DNA of 64,000 nucleotides from assembly GCF_003790525.1 (NCBI RefSeq), contig NZ_CP033635.1. One strand, given 5' to 3'. This stretch comes from Escherichia coli. GTDB lineage: Bacteria; Pseudomonadota; Gammaproteobacteria; Enterobacterales; Enterobacteriaceae. Of the stretch, positions 1 through 10,123 are shown one piece after another; position 1 is the first letter of the stretch; the number at the start of each line of letters is the position of its first letter. Both the position numbers and the translations under genes were made by a program. Below the pieces are notes generated by a model that was given only the letters and a program-made list of their open reading frames with translations, made no database searches and was not told where the DNA came from.

Positions 1-2
1 GT

Positions 3-270
3 GAAAACCTGATTGTTAATCGCCTCGCCATCCCACATTGCTGGAGCGAACAGGAGCGACGTTTTCGTGGATTTTTTATTACCCTCGCCCAACCGGTTGA
101 GGTGAATAACGAAGTAGTTAACCATGTACTGATCGCCTGTGCCGCCGCCGATGCGCGTCATGAGCTAAAAATATTTAGCTATCTGGCAAGCGTATTGTGC
201 CAGCATCCGGCAGAGGTTATTGCCGGGTTAACAGGATATGAGGCATTTATGGAGTTACTTCACAAGGGGT
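3..270 (+). CDS. frvR: Partial CDS (3' end), likely the PRD/PTS-type regulator FrvR C-terminus
   Basis: Frame 3 is open from the window start (..ENLIVNRLAIPHCWSEQERRF..ELLHKG*) and stops at 268-270. Position convergent with yiiG matches K-12 synteny. The product is assigned from synteny only. Confidence 0.45.
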
Positions 271-275
271 GAACT

Positions 276-300
276 GTGTCGGATGCGCCGCATCCGACAC
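276..300. terminator. Hairpin between the convergent frvR and yiiG genes
   Basis: Perfect inverted repeat gtgtcggatgcg-c-cgcatccgacac immediately after the frvR stop. Confidence 0.5.
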
Positions 301-327
301 TGCATTTATCACCAAAATCAAAAACGT

Positions 328-1383
328 TTAACGCAAGCTATTATAGTCATCGACCATTTCGTTGTACTCGCGTAACGCTCGTGGAAATGAGTCGTCGACC
401 ATCCAGCTTGTGTTTGCATCCTGAAGTTGCTCTTTATCCCAGTCAGAATACGGAACTTTATCTCTGACGCGGCGAACATATTTTTTAGCCTCGAGTTGAT
501 ACTGGTCTGCCGAATTAATGAACGAGAAATTCATACCGCCTTTATCCGCTTCTTTGGCCTGCGCCACCAGCGTTTCCAGTTCAGACACTTTCTTCATTGC
601 CGCATCAACATCAAACTTCTCTTGCGATATCAGGTTATTAATTTGTTTCGCTGAAATCATGACTGCCAGAGAATAGTAGTGGAATGTTTTCCCTTCTCTT
701 TCTTCAATATTTTTCAGTTCCGCAAGCTGACGCTTATCATTAATTTCCTGGATCGCCGCATGATAAGATTCGGCTACAGGTTCAAAGGCTTCCAGATTTT
801 TTAAGAATGTCTGGTGCAGCGTTTTCCCTTTCGCAAACGCATCGTCTTTATAATTTTCCTGGGTGTAATATTTATCCATTTCGTTAATGGTATTACCCAA
901 CGCCACGGCAGCATCGATATAACTCACCGCTACGCCATCAATAGGTTGCAGCGCAGGCGTTAACGCCACAGCACTTTTTACGCCTTTTTCACACTCAGCG
1001 AGGCTGGATTCACTAAAGCCGTAGATGCCATAAACAGTACTCTCTTTACCGGTAGGCCCCTGTTTAAAATCTTTCAGCCAGTCAGCATAACGCGCCAGAC
1101 TGCGCTGTACCGGGATCTGTAACTTGTTGTAGCACTTGATATAGACATCCATTTTTTCGTCGAAAACCGCTTGTTCATCGACCACCGGTTGGGCAGGAGT
1201 TTCAGGTTTAACTTCTGCTTTTGCAACGGGAGCTTCAGCAGGTTTCGCTTCAGGAGCTGGTGCGGCAGGTTGACTATTGGCAGGCGGGGGCGTTTCTGTT
1301 TCGGCTTTTTTATCATCACAACCCGTGAGACCGAGGGCCATGATGGCGACTATAATAGCGGAAGATAATAAATTCCTTTTCAT
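328..1383 (-). CDS. yiiG: Lipoprotein YiiG (DUF3829 family)
   Basis: 351-aa ORF with a lipoprotein signal (..ALGLTGC lipobox) and a Pro/Ala-rich linker. Lies next to frvR as in K-12. Confidence 0.8.
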   Translation of the reverse strand: MKRNLLSSAIIVAIMALGLTGCDDKKAETETPPPANSQPAAPAPEAKPAEAPVAKAEVKPETPAQPVVDEQAVFDEKMDVYIKCYNKLQIPVQRSLARYADWLKDFKQGPTGKESTVYGIYGFSESSLAECEKGVKSAVALTPALQPIDGVAVSYIDAAVALGNTINEMDKYYTQENYKDDAFAKGKTLHQTFLKNLEAFEPVAESYHAAIQEINDKRQLAELKNIEEREGKTFHYYSLAVMISAKQINNLISQEKFDVDAAMKKVSELETLVAQAKEADKGGMNFSFINSADQYQLEAKKYVRRVRDKVPYSDWDKEQLQDANTSWMVDDSFPRALREYNEMVDDYNSLR

Positions 1384-1577
1384 TTAATTGCCTTATAAAT
1401 ATTTAGATAAGAGAGATAATATTTTAAATGAAAAAATGATCCGTCACTATACACATTTTGCTTATAAACAAACCGAAATCATTCACACTCCGAATAATTC
1501 CTGCGACTTAAAATATAAATCGCAGGAAGCGATTTTAATTACCCGCTCTACCACTGGCGCAGGATATAAACTCTCAC

Positions 1578-3884
1578 CTACATTCCATAACGTTCAGAAA
1601 TAGCAGCATGCTTCTCTTCATTCGCCCCGGCTTCTTTGGCAAGACGCCACCAGCACAACGGATGTTCCCAGTCAGCGGTCAATTCGTGCAAGGTCTTATC
1701 GATATCACCTTTAGAAACTGAACGCGGCGCGCTGATAACAAAGTAGAACGCGGGCAGCGGCTGTGCATCTTCTCCCTGCTGGCTGTCCGTTAACGTATAG
1801 TCCTCGTTACTGTTGCTCCAGTAGTACCAGTTTCGTTCACGGAGCGCCTCACGGAAGGCATTAAACTGTTCTTCACCAGGCATGACACCTTCGCAGAACC
1901 AGGACTCGCCGTACTCAGTCGGGATAATGGTTTGCAGGCAGGCATAAAGTGGCGTGAAATTCTTCCGTTCTTCCTCATCCTCTGGTTGGGTGTTCAATAT
2001 TTCCGCATCGAATACCACAACTTCATCAACATGTTGCGGATAATCGGTCCGGTAAGTTGGCTCAATGATCCTTGCTGTTACCGGCCCAATACGTTGAGCA
2101 TAGTAATAGCGGTATTCATAATTTTCCCGGAAGCGAATGTTTAGCAGTCCCCATTTTTCGTCGATAAAACCTTCACCTTCCGTAAGTTCGATTTCCAGTT
2201 CAGCTGCAATAGCACGAACCAAATCCCATTGTTGCAGGATGCTGGCGGTCGCCATGATATCCCACTGGATATTACGAATATCTTCTTCACGGCTAATCAT
2301 CAGTTGCTGCAATTGTTGTAAATAATCCAGCTGTCGATCCCAGGCTTCCTGTTTTTGTGCTGCCCAGGAGCACATGCGATAAACGCCGATCCACTCACGC
2401 CCTTTTTCGTTTTGCAGCAACTGGTGCCCAATCGACTCGAGTTCACTCCAGTCTTCCTGTTGGTTGATCACTCGCGCACGGAACCACAAGGCCATATGTA
2501 GCAGCCCCGCCTGTTCATACTGCTTCGCCAGGTGCTCAATGGTTTGCAGATCGTCACGGTGGAGCAATAAATCCAACAGATCGAAGCAAAGACCATTATC
2601 TTCCTGGATGTGGCTTTCGACGTAGCGTTGCAGAAGTTCAATCGACTCATCAATCGCATTACAGGCGTTTAACGCATTGACCAGTTTGCCCAGCAATTCC
2701 GCATCATCTGGCGCGTTCAGGTAAGCGCGGCGGAATGTTTCGACGTCTTTTTCTGGATCTGGCTGCGTTTCTTCATCGCTATTTTCAGGTACTTCTACAA
2801 CCGGACGAGCAAGCAACTCTGCTTCTTTGGCGGCGATTTTTTCACTCAGTTCGAGAAACTCACGATCAACCCCCAGTAACACGCGTAATTTTGGCATGTG
2901 TCGCTGGGCCAGTTTCATCGCTATTTTGGCAACCCAGACGGATTCACGCTCCAGCGCCAGGGTAATTTGCAGTTTCGCCAGATCAACCACTTTGCGGTGC
3001 GCTCCGGCCTGCGAGCGGTGCTCCAGCATTTTTTGGATGATGCGCGCCAGTTGCCAGTTGTTTCTTTGTGGATGACGGGGAAGTAACACAGTAATGATTT
3101 TCAGCCATGACCCCCATGAATGGGGAGTCAGATCTGACCAACGCGGTAATTCCTCCCAGACTTCTTCGTCCTGCCCGCATAACGCCATGATGTACAGTTT
3201 TTTGAGGTGATTACTAATGCGGTCGCGGCCCCAGTAATCATTGGCTTCTGTCAGCTCATCAATCAGTATGCGTGCTTCATCATAACGCTGAAGTTCAATC
3301 AGAATATCGGCACGAGTATAAAGTAATGCATCAATATCATCTTCCCCGGCTGCTTTAACTGCGTCGATTTGTCGATCCAGATAAGCCAGTGCCTCCTCTA
3401 TTCTTTTGGAATCTATCAGTGCACTGGCATATTCAGTGGACAAACACTGAAAACAGCTCCAGGTCGGATCAATCCGCGCGATGGTTTCTTCACATACCGC
3501 CATACGTTCATTCGCCCAGCCAGGTGCATCAATATTTTCGTAGCAGGCGGATAAATCCTGGGTAACGCAGATAGATTGTGGGCAATCTTTTGTCTCTTCC
3601 CGGTGCGCTTTTTCAAACAGCGCTACCACGTCTGGCAGCACCTTTTCACCTTCTTCATAGTTAGTCAGGCGATGACGCATTTCCCAGTGACCAATAAATA
3701 TTTCCAGCCACGGATTTTTTGCCACCTGGGTAAGTGCTTTTACTTCAGGTAACAGCGAATCGCACTTTTCCATTTGCAGGTGCATAACGCCTTCCGAATA
3801 ATCATCGATAAGTTGCGGAATATACTCCTGCCCGGCATCGCGTAACTCCTTAGTATATTTGTGATACCACTCCCATATATCCAT
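1578..3884 (-). CDS. Hypothetical 768-aa protein, second gene of an inserted two-gene operon, with no recognisable catalytic motif
   Basis: Long uninterrupted ORF. Its ATG is 2 nt after the stop of the upstream Hsp90-like gene. SD-like aagga lies 9 nt upstream. Absent from the K-12 yiiG-fdhD junction. Confidence 0.8.
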   Translation of the reverse strand: MDIWEWYHKYTKELRDAGQEYIPQLIDDYSEGVMHLQMEKCDSLLPEVKALTQVAKNPWLEIFIGHWEMRHRLTNYEEGEKVLPDVVALFEKAHREETKDCPQSICVTQDLSACYENIDAPGWANERMAVCEETIARIDPTWSCFQCLSTEYASALIDSKRIEEALAYLDRQIDAVKAAGEDDIDALLYTRADILIELQRYDEARILIDELTEANDYWGRDRISNHLKKLYIMALCGQDEEVWEELPRWSDLTPHSWGSWLKIITVLLPRHPQRNNWQLARIIQKMLEHRSQAGAHRKVVDLAKLQITLALERESVWVAKIAMKLAQRHMPKLRVLLGVDREFLELSEKIAAKEAELLARPVVEVPENSDEETQPDPEKDVETFRRAYLNAPDDAELLGKLVNALNACNAIDESIELLQRYVESHIQEDNGLCFDLLDLLLHRDDLQTIEHLAKQYEQAGLLHMALWFRARVINQQEDWSELESIGHQLLQNEKGREWIGVYRMCSWAAQKQEAWDRQLDYLQQLQQLMISREEDIRNIQWDIMATASILQQWDLVRAIAAELEIELTEGEGFIDEKWGLLNIRFRENYEYRYYYAQRIGPVTARIIEPTYRTDYPQHVDEVVVFDAEILNTQPEDEEERKNFTPLYACLQTIIPTEYGESWFCEGVMPGEEQFNAFREALRERNWYYWSNSNEDYTLTDSQQGEDAQPLPAFYFVISAPRSVSKGDIDKTLHELTADWEHPLCWWRLAKEAGANEEKHAAISERYGM

Positions 3885-3885
3885 T

Positions 3886-5721
3886 TTATTTTCCTTGATT
3901 AATTAAGACAGGAATAACCTGAGTAAAATCTTCCAGTGCCTGGTGTAAATCCCACTGCTGTTCTTTATTACCGCTGGAGCACAAAATCACTTTCAGCGAT
4001 TTTAATAAGCGTAATGCCGCTGCGGGCTGTTGCTGGTGTTGTAATGCCGTCACCAGTTGCATGATGCAAGGGTTATTAAGGTTGATGTATAAACTTGAGG
4101 TTTTCGTTTTTTGGATTTGTGAAGTAAATTGCCGCGCCAGCATTAACGCTGCGGTGCTGATGCGTTTATCTGCGTCATCCTGTTCGAGAATTTGTTTTAA
4201 TTCTGCTTCGCGGTCTGGCGTAACCACTAACGGTAAAACGGCGGGTTCGAAGCGGGAGATAATTAATTGCTCGCCATCGCAGAGATGCTCTTCCAGATAA
4301 GCTACCTGCTCTTCGGGTAATTCCGCCAGGCTGAACAACTGCTCATTACCTGTTTGCGTACCGACTTCGACAATCCGGCAGTGATATAACAGCGCCCAGC
4401 GACGTAAAAATGGCACGACGGCATAGCGATCGCCACGGGCAACGGGCCGTTGCAGAATGTGGAACAACATCTCTTCAAAACCGCCGTCGCGGCTTAACAG
4501 AATATGAATGCTGTTATTAACGCGTAAATCCTTCGCCAGCAACGCCCCTTTTGACGTTGGCACCTGCAAGCGATCTTTGAGCAAATCAAACAGACGGTCA
4601 TCACATAATGCCGCACCGAGCAACGCTTCGTTGTGGCGCATTAATACACGCCGCCAGATTTCTGGCTGATTTTGTGCGAGATCGGACAAACCAGAAATCA
4701 GCGCCTCTTTTAACGCCTCCTGCACCGCAACCCAGGTTTCGTCCCGCTGGAGATCTTCCCGGCTCGCCGTAGGCGTTAGTTTCGATGACTCAATCACGCC
4801 GCCAATAAATCCGGCCCAGGGAGGTAACAACTCACGCGCTTCATCATCCAGTAACATACCGCGCAAAAACAGCGACAGGTTGCGGTTATCGCTGGTGCCG
4901 TAGGTTGCGCCATCCTGAATCCATAAAATCCCAACCGCGTCGCTCATCCCCACGGGCACCACCGGAATGGTGCAAATCGGTTCGAAGGAGGATTCAAACT
5001 GGGCGGCAAAGGCGAGATTTTTACGCTGTACCAGCGCGCGGTGCATGGTTACGCCTTCGGGGGCAACTTCACGCCACGGTGGTTGAAGTTTATTTACCGG
5101 CTCGCTGGCATCGCCGACATAGACCGGTTCGTGCAGCAATATACAGTAGCGGGAAAGAACGCGGTTCAGCAAATTGTTACTCGCCAGATGGCTGTACTCT
5201 TCTTTGAGCGTCAGAATCACCTGCGTACCCGTTTCCGAGGACTGATGCGGCGTAACGGTATATTTTTGCCCGTCGGTAGAGTGGTATTTCCAGCTCTGAT
5301 CCGGCGTTTGCCAGGATGTGGTCAACACCGTGACCTCTTTCGCCAACACAAAGGCCGACAAAAAACCGAGGCCGAACATACCAATTAAACCGGTGTTGTC
5401 ATCCTGCTGGCGCAACATTCGGGTATAACCCACGCCTACTGTCGCCAGGAAGCCGTGAATTTCACTTTCTGTCAGTCCAGCGCCAGTATCGCTAATAGTG
5501 ATAGTGGACTTCGCCACGTCTGCCACCACACGAATCGCGTTATCCTTTGGTGCATCGGGCTGCTCAATCCTGCGGCGAACGATCGCATCATGGCCGTTCT
5601 GCACCAGCTCGCGCACGGCAACCACGGGAGTGGAGTAAAGATGCTTACTGAGCACCTCAATTAAGCCGTTTAAATTAACTTCTGTAGAATATGAACTACC
5701 AGGTAACTGTAATGTACTCAT
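3886..5721 (-). CDS. Hsp90/HtpG-like GHKL (Bergerat-fold) ATPase, 611 aa, first gene of the inserted operon
   Basis: The N-terminus carries GHKL motifs: ELVQNGHDA (N-box, nt 5584-5610), ISDTGAGLT (D/G1 box, nt 5470-5496) and GMFGLGFLSAF (G2 box, nt 5350-5382). These resemble HtpG ELISNASDA / ISDNGIGM / GQFGVGFYSAF. Not present in K-12 at this locus. Confidence 0.85.
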   Translation of the reverse strand: MSTLQLPGSSYSTEVNLNGLIEVLSKHLYSTPVVAVRELVQNGHDAIVRRRIEQPDAPKDNAIRVVADVAKSTITISDTGAGLTESEIHGFLATVGVGYTRMLRQQDDNTGLIGMFGLGFLSAFVLAKEVTVLTTSWQTPDQSWKYHSTDGQKYTVTPHQSSETGTQVILTLKEEYSHLASNNLLNRVLSRYCILLHEPVYVGDASEPVNKLQPPWREVAPEGVTMHRALVQRKNLAFAAQFESSFEPICTIPVVPVGMSDAVGILWIQDGATYGTSDNRNLSLFLRGMLLDDEARELLPPWAGFIGGVIESSKLTPTASREDLQRDETWVAVQEALKEALISGLSDLAQNQPEIWRRVLMRHNEALLGAALCDDRLFDLLKDRLQVPTSKGALLAKDLRVNNSIHILLSRDGGFEEMLFHILQRPVARGDRYAVVPFLRRWALLYHCRIVEVGTQTGNEQLFSLAELPEEQVAYLEEHLCDGEQLIISRFEPAVLPLVVTPDREAELKQILEQDDADKRISTAALMLARQFTSQIQKTKTSSLYINLNNPCIMQLVTALQHQQQPAAALRLLKSLKVILCSSGNKEQQWDLHQALEDFTQVIPVLINQGK

Positions 5722-5997
5722 TTTTCAATACTCATAATCCATCACCTACTATTGAAAATACATCGCTGTTTTTACAACCGGTGCAAGGTTTGTTATTTCA
5801 TTCACTCATCGGAAACATTTATTTATTGACGCGATGATTAAAACAAAATGTCTTATATAAATAATGATTAATTCTTAAAGGATTAATGCGACTGGAGTAT
5901 ATCGATATAACCCGGAGTTAACGAGATAATTTCTTGTGGTGAAATTATTATTTGAATGCTGAATAATATATTGAGGATTATTTAATAGAAAAATAAA

Positions 5998-6030
5998 ACC
6001 GCAATCCAGAATCAGAATTGCGGTATTTCT
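5998..6030 (-). terminator. fdhD rho-independent terminator hairpin
   Basis: aaaaccgcaatcc..agaattgcggtatttc stem-loop directly downstream of the fdhD stop. Confidence 0.6.
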
Positions 6031-6867
6031 TTAATTATGAATCAAACGCTGCGGATGGGTATAAACCGTTGCCCGACCCGGTTTACAAAAACCTACCAGT
6101 GTCAGATTACAGCGCTCAGCCACTTCTACAGCAAGCGTGGTCGCGGCAGACACCGCAAACAAAATCTCTACGCCGCACATCGCTGACTTTTGCACCATTT
6201 CATAACTGGCACGGCTGGAAACCAGCACCGCACCTTGCTGCCAGCTTTCCCCTTCTTGTGACCGGCGGCCTAACAGTTTGTCCAGCGCCACATGGCGACC
6301 CACGTCTTCATGCCCGCCGACCAGTTCGCCAGATGGCAACATCCAGGCGGCGGCGTGAGTACAACCGGTCAGTTGCCCCACTGGCTGAAAATCATTGAGA
6401 TGACGTAATGCATCATCCAGTTTGTTGAGATCAAACGTCTGGGTGAACGGTAGCGGCTGCACCGGTTTTCCGATGTCATTAAGTTGCTCCACGCCGCACA
6501 CGCCACATCCCGTACGTCCCGCCAGTGCCCGGCGACGCTCCTTCAACCCCATAAAGCGGCGGCTGGAAAGCTCAATTTGCACTTCCAGACCATTACAGGA
6601 AGGAACGACATCCATACCGAAGATATCGCGCGGACTTTCGATAATCCCCTCGGAAAGCGAAAAACCGAGCGCAAAGTACTCAAGGTCTTTGGGTGACGCC
6701 ATCATCACTACATGCGAAATGCCGTTGTAGACCAGCGCAACGGGAACCTCTTCCGCCACCTCATCTAACCGTGGGTGTTGTAAATCATCACGCCGCCATA
6801 ACTCAATTTGACGAACACCTGTGACACTTGTCACATTTTCGATTTCTTTTTGCTGTGTTTTTTTCAC
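6031..6867 (-). CDS. fdhD: Formate dehydrogenase sulfurtransferase/accessory protein FdhD
   Basis: 278 aa, [30 protein letters not shown].. matches E. coli FdhD. Divergent from fdoG. Confidence 0.95.
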   Translation of the reverse strand: MKKTQQKEIENVTSVTGVRQIELWRRDDLQHPRLDEVAEEVPVALVYNGISHVVMMASPKDLEYFALGFSLSEGIIESPRDIFGMDVVPSCNGLEVQIELSSRRFMGLKERRRALAGRTGCGVCGVEQLNDIGKPVQPLPFTQTFDLNKLDDALRHLNDFQPVGQLTGCTHAAAWMLPSGELVGGHEDVGRHVALDKLLGRRSQEGESWQQGAVLVSSRASYEMVQKSAMCGVEILFAVSAATTLAVEVAERCNLTLVGFCKPGRATVYTHPQRLIHN

Positions 6868-7060
6868 TTTCTCTTAACCAGATAAGAACACACACACCAA
6901 CATTATGGTATTCTGTTACAAACCCTTCCTGGATGGAGGGAAATTGAGCCAATTCTGGACCTTTGCGGCCCCTTCCGCAAAGAAAAATAACTCCCACTCC
7001 CTGCACACGCAGCAAGCGAATGTAAATGGGACGTGACAATGTCGAAACAAGGAGCAATCC

Positions 7061-10000
7061 ATGCAGGTCAGCAGAAGGCAGTTCTTTAAGATCTGCGCTG
7101 GCGGTATGGCAGGCACCACGGCAGCGGCACTGGGTTTTGCACCCAGCGTAGCACTCGCGGAAACCCGGCAGTATAAACTGCTGCGCACCCGCGAAACCCG
7201 TAATACCTGCACCTATTGTTCCGTAGGCTGTGGGCTGTTGATGTACAGCCTCGGTGACGGAGCAAAAAACGCCAAAGCATCTATCTTCCATATCGAAGGT
7301 GACCCGGATCACCCGGTCAACCGCGGAGCACTTTGTCCGAAAGGCGCTGGCCTGGTGGATTTCATCCACTCCGAAAGCCGCCTGAAGTTTCCGGAATACC
7401 GTGCGCCAGGTTCTGATAAATGGCAACAAATCAGTTGGGAAGAGGCGTTTGATCGCATCGCCAAACTGATGAAAGAAGACCGCGATGCGAACTACATTGC
7501 GCAAAACGCCGAAGGCGTGACTGTTAACCGCTGGCTCTCCACCGGGATGCTGTGTGCTTCCGCGTCGAGCAACGAAACCGGCTATTTAACACAAAAATTC
7601 TCCCGCGCGCTGGGTATGCTCGCGGTCGACAACCAGGCGCGTGTCTGACACGGACCAACGGTAGCAAGTCTTGCTCCAACATTTGGTCGCGGTGCGATGA
7701 CCAACCACTGGGTCGACATCAAGAATGCCAACCTCGTCGTGGTGATGGGCGGTAACGCCGCTGAAGCTCACCCGGTCGGGTTCCGCTGGGCGATGGAAGC
7801 CAAAATTCACAACGGCGCGAAGCTGATTGTGATCGATCCTCGCTTTACACGTACGGCGGCGGTGGCTGACTACTATGCCCCTATTCGTTCCGGGACTGAC
7901 ATTGCTTTCCTGTCAGGCGTATTGCTGTACCTGCTGAACAATGAAAAATTCAACCGCGAATACACCGAAGCCTATACCAACGCCAGCCTGATCGTGCGTG
8001 AGGATTACGGCTTTGAAGATGGCCTGTTCACCGGCTACGACGCGGAAAAACGCAAGTACGATAAATCCAGCTGGACCTACGAGCTGGACGAAAACGGCTT
8101 CGCCAAACGCGATACCACGCTGCAACATCCGCGCTGCGTGTGGAACTTGCTGAAACAGCACGTTTCCCGTTATACGCCAGATGTGGTTGAAAACATCTGT
8201 GGTACGCCGAAAGACGCGTTCCTGAAAGTCTGCGAATACATCGCAGAGACCAGTGCTCACGATAAAACTGCCTCGTTCCTTTACGCGCTCGGCTGGACGC
8301 AACACTCCATTGGTGCGCAAAACATTCGTACGATGGCGATGATCCAGCTGCTGCTCGGCAACATGGGGATGGCAGGCGGCGGCGTTAACGCCCTGCGCGG
8401 TCACTCCAATATTCAGGGGCTGACCGACCTGGGGCTGCTGTCGCAGAGTCTGCCAGGTTACATGACGTTGCCAAGCGAGAAGCAGACCGATCTGCAAACT
8501 TACCTTACCGCCAACACGCCGAAACCACTGCTGGAAGGCCAGGTTAACTACTGGGGCAATTACCCGAAATTCTTCGTCTCCATGATGAAGGCCTTCTTTG
8601 GTGATAAAGCGACGGCGGAAAATAACTGGGGCTTTGACTGGTTGCCGAAGTGGGATAAAGGCTACGACGTCCTGCAATACTTCGAGATGATGAAAGAGGG
8701 CAAGGTCAATGGCTATATCTGCCAGGGCTTTAACCCTGTTGCCTCATTCCCGAACAAAAACAAAGTGATCGGCTGTCTGTCGAAACTGAAGTTCCTCGTG
8801 ACCATCGACCCGCTGAACACTGAAACCTCTAACTTCTGGCAGAACCACGGTGAACTGAACGAAGTTGACTCGTCGAAGATCCAGACCGAAGTGTTCCGTC
8901 TGCCATCGACCTGCTTCGCGGAAGAGAACGGTTCAATCGTCAACTCTGGCCGCTGGTTGCAGTGGCACTGGAAAGGTGCGGACGCCCCGGGGATTGCGCT
9001 GACTGACGGCGAGATCCTCTCCGGTATCTTCCTGCGCTTGCGCAAGATGTATGCCGAACAGGGTGGCGCGAACCCGGACCAGGTGCTGAACATGACCTGG
9101 AACTACGCCATTCCGCATGAGCCATCTTCAGAAGAAGTGGCGATGGAGAGTAACGGTAAGGCGCTGGCCGATATTACCGATCCGGCAACCGGTGCGGTTA
9201 TCGTCAAGAAAGGCCAACAACTTAGCTCGTTCGCCCAACTGCGCGATGACGGTACAACCTCCTGTGGCTGCTGGATTTTCGCCGGTAGCTGGACGCCGGA
9301 AGGCAACCAGATGGCGCGTCGTGATAACGCCGATCCGTCTGGCCTCGGTAACACGCTGGGCTGGGCATGGGCATGGCCGCTTAACCGCCGCATTCTGTAT
9401 AACCGCGCCTCCGCAGATCCGCAGGGTAACCCATGGGATCCGAAGCGTCAGTTGCTGAAATGGGACGGCACTAAGTGGACCGGCTGGGATATTCCGGATT
9501 ACAGCGCAGCGCCTCCGGGCAGTGGCGTCGGGCCGTTTATCATGCAGCAGGAAGGCATGGGGCGTCTGTTTGCCCTCGATAAGATGGCGGAAGGTCCGTT
9601 CCCGGAACACTACGAGCCGTTTGAAACGCCGCTGGGAACTAACCCGCTGCATCCAAACGTTATCTCGAACCCGGCTGCGCGAATCTTTAAAGACGACGCC
9701 GAAGCATTGGGTAAAGCCGATAAGTTCCCGTATGTCGGAACCACCTATCGTCTGACCGAGCACTTCCACTACTGGACCAAACACGCGCTGTTGAACGCGA
9801 TTTTGCAACCAGAGCAGTTTGTGGAAATCGGGGAGTCGCTGGCGAATAAACTTGGCATTGCCCAGGGCGATACTGTGAAAGTCTCCTCCAACCGTGGCTA
9901 TATCAAAGCCAAAGCGGTAGTGACCAAACGTATTCGCACGCTGAAAGCAAACGGCAAAGATATCGATACCATCGGTATTCCGATTCACTGGGGCTATGAA

Positions 10001-10111
10001 GGTGTTGCGAAAAAAGGCTTTATTGCCAATACGTTGACGCCATTCGTCGGTGATGCGAACACGCAGACGCCGGAGTTTAAGTCCTTCCTTGTGAATGTGG
10101 AAAAGGTGTAA
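7061..10111 (+). CDS. fdoG: Formate dehydrogenase-O major subunit FdoG (selenoprotein; in-frame UGA at 7646-7648 read as Sec)
   Basis: Tat signal MQVSRRQFFKICAGG. The two track ORFs 7061-7648 and 7697-10111 are in the same frame, separated only by a TGA. Total 1016 codons, equal to E. coli FdoG. Confidence 0.95.
7646..7690 (+). promoter_or_regulatory. Selenocysteine UGA plus downstream SECIS-like stem-loop
   Basis: tgacacggaccaacggtagcaagtcttgctcc contains the hairpin gcaag..cttgc just 3' of the UGA, similar to fdhF/fdnG SECIS context. Confidence 0.6.
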
Positions 10112-10123
10112 CGGAGACGACAT

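Noticed and set aside
1388-1603. 71-aa plus-strand ORF between yiiG and the 768-aa gene
   Set aside because: AT-rich intergenic DNA, no SD, and it overlaps the 3' end of the 768-aa gene. More likely the yiiG promoter / island boundary.
7061-7648. 195-aa ORF as a stand-alone Tat-signal protein
   Set aside because: It is the N-terminal part of fdoG up to the Sec-encoding UGA, not a separate gene.
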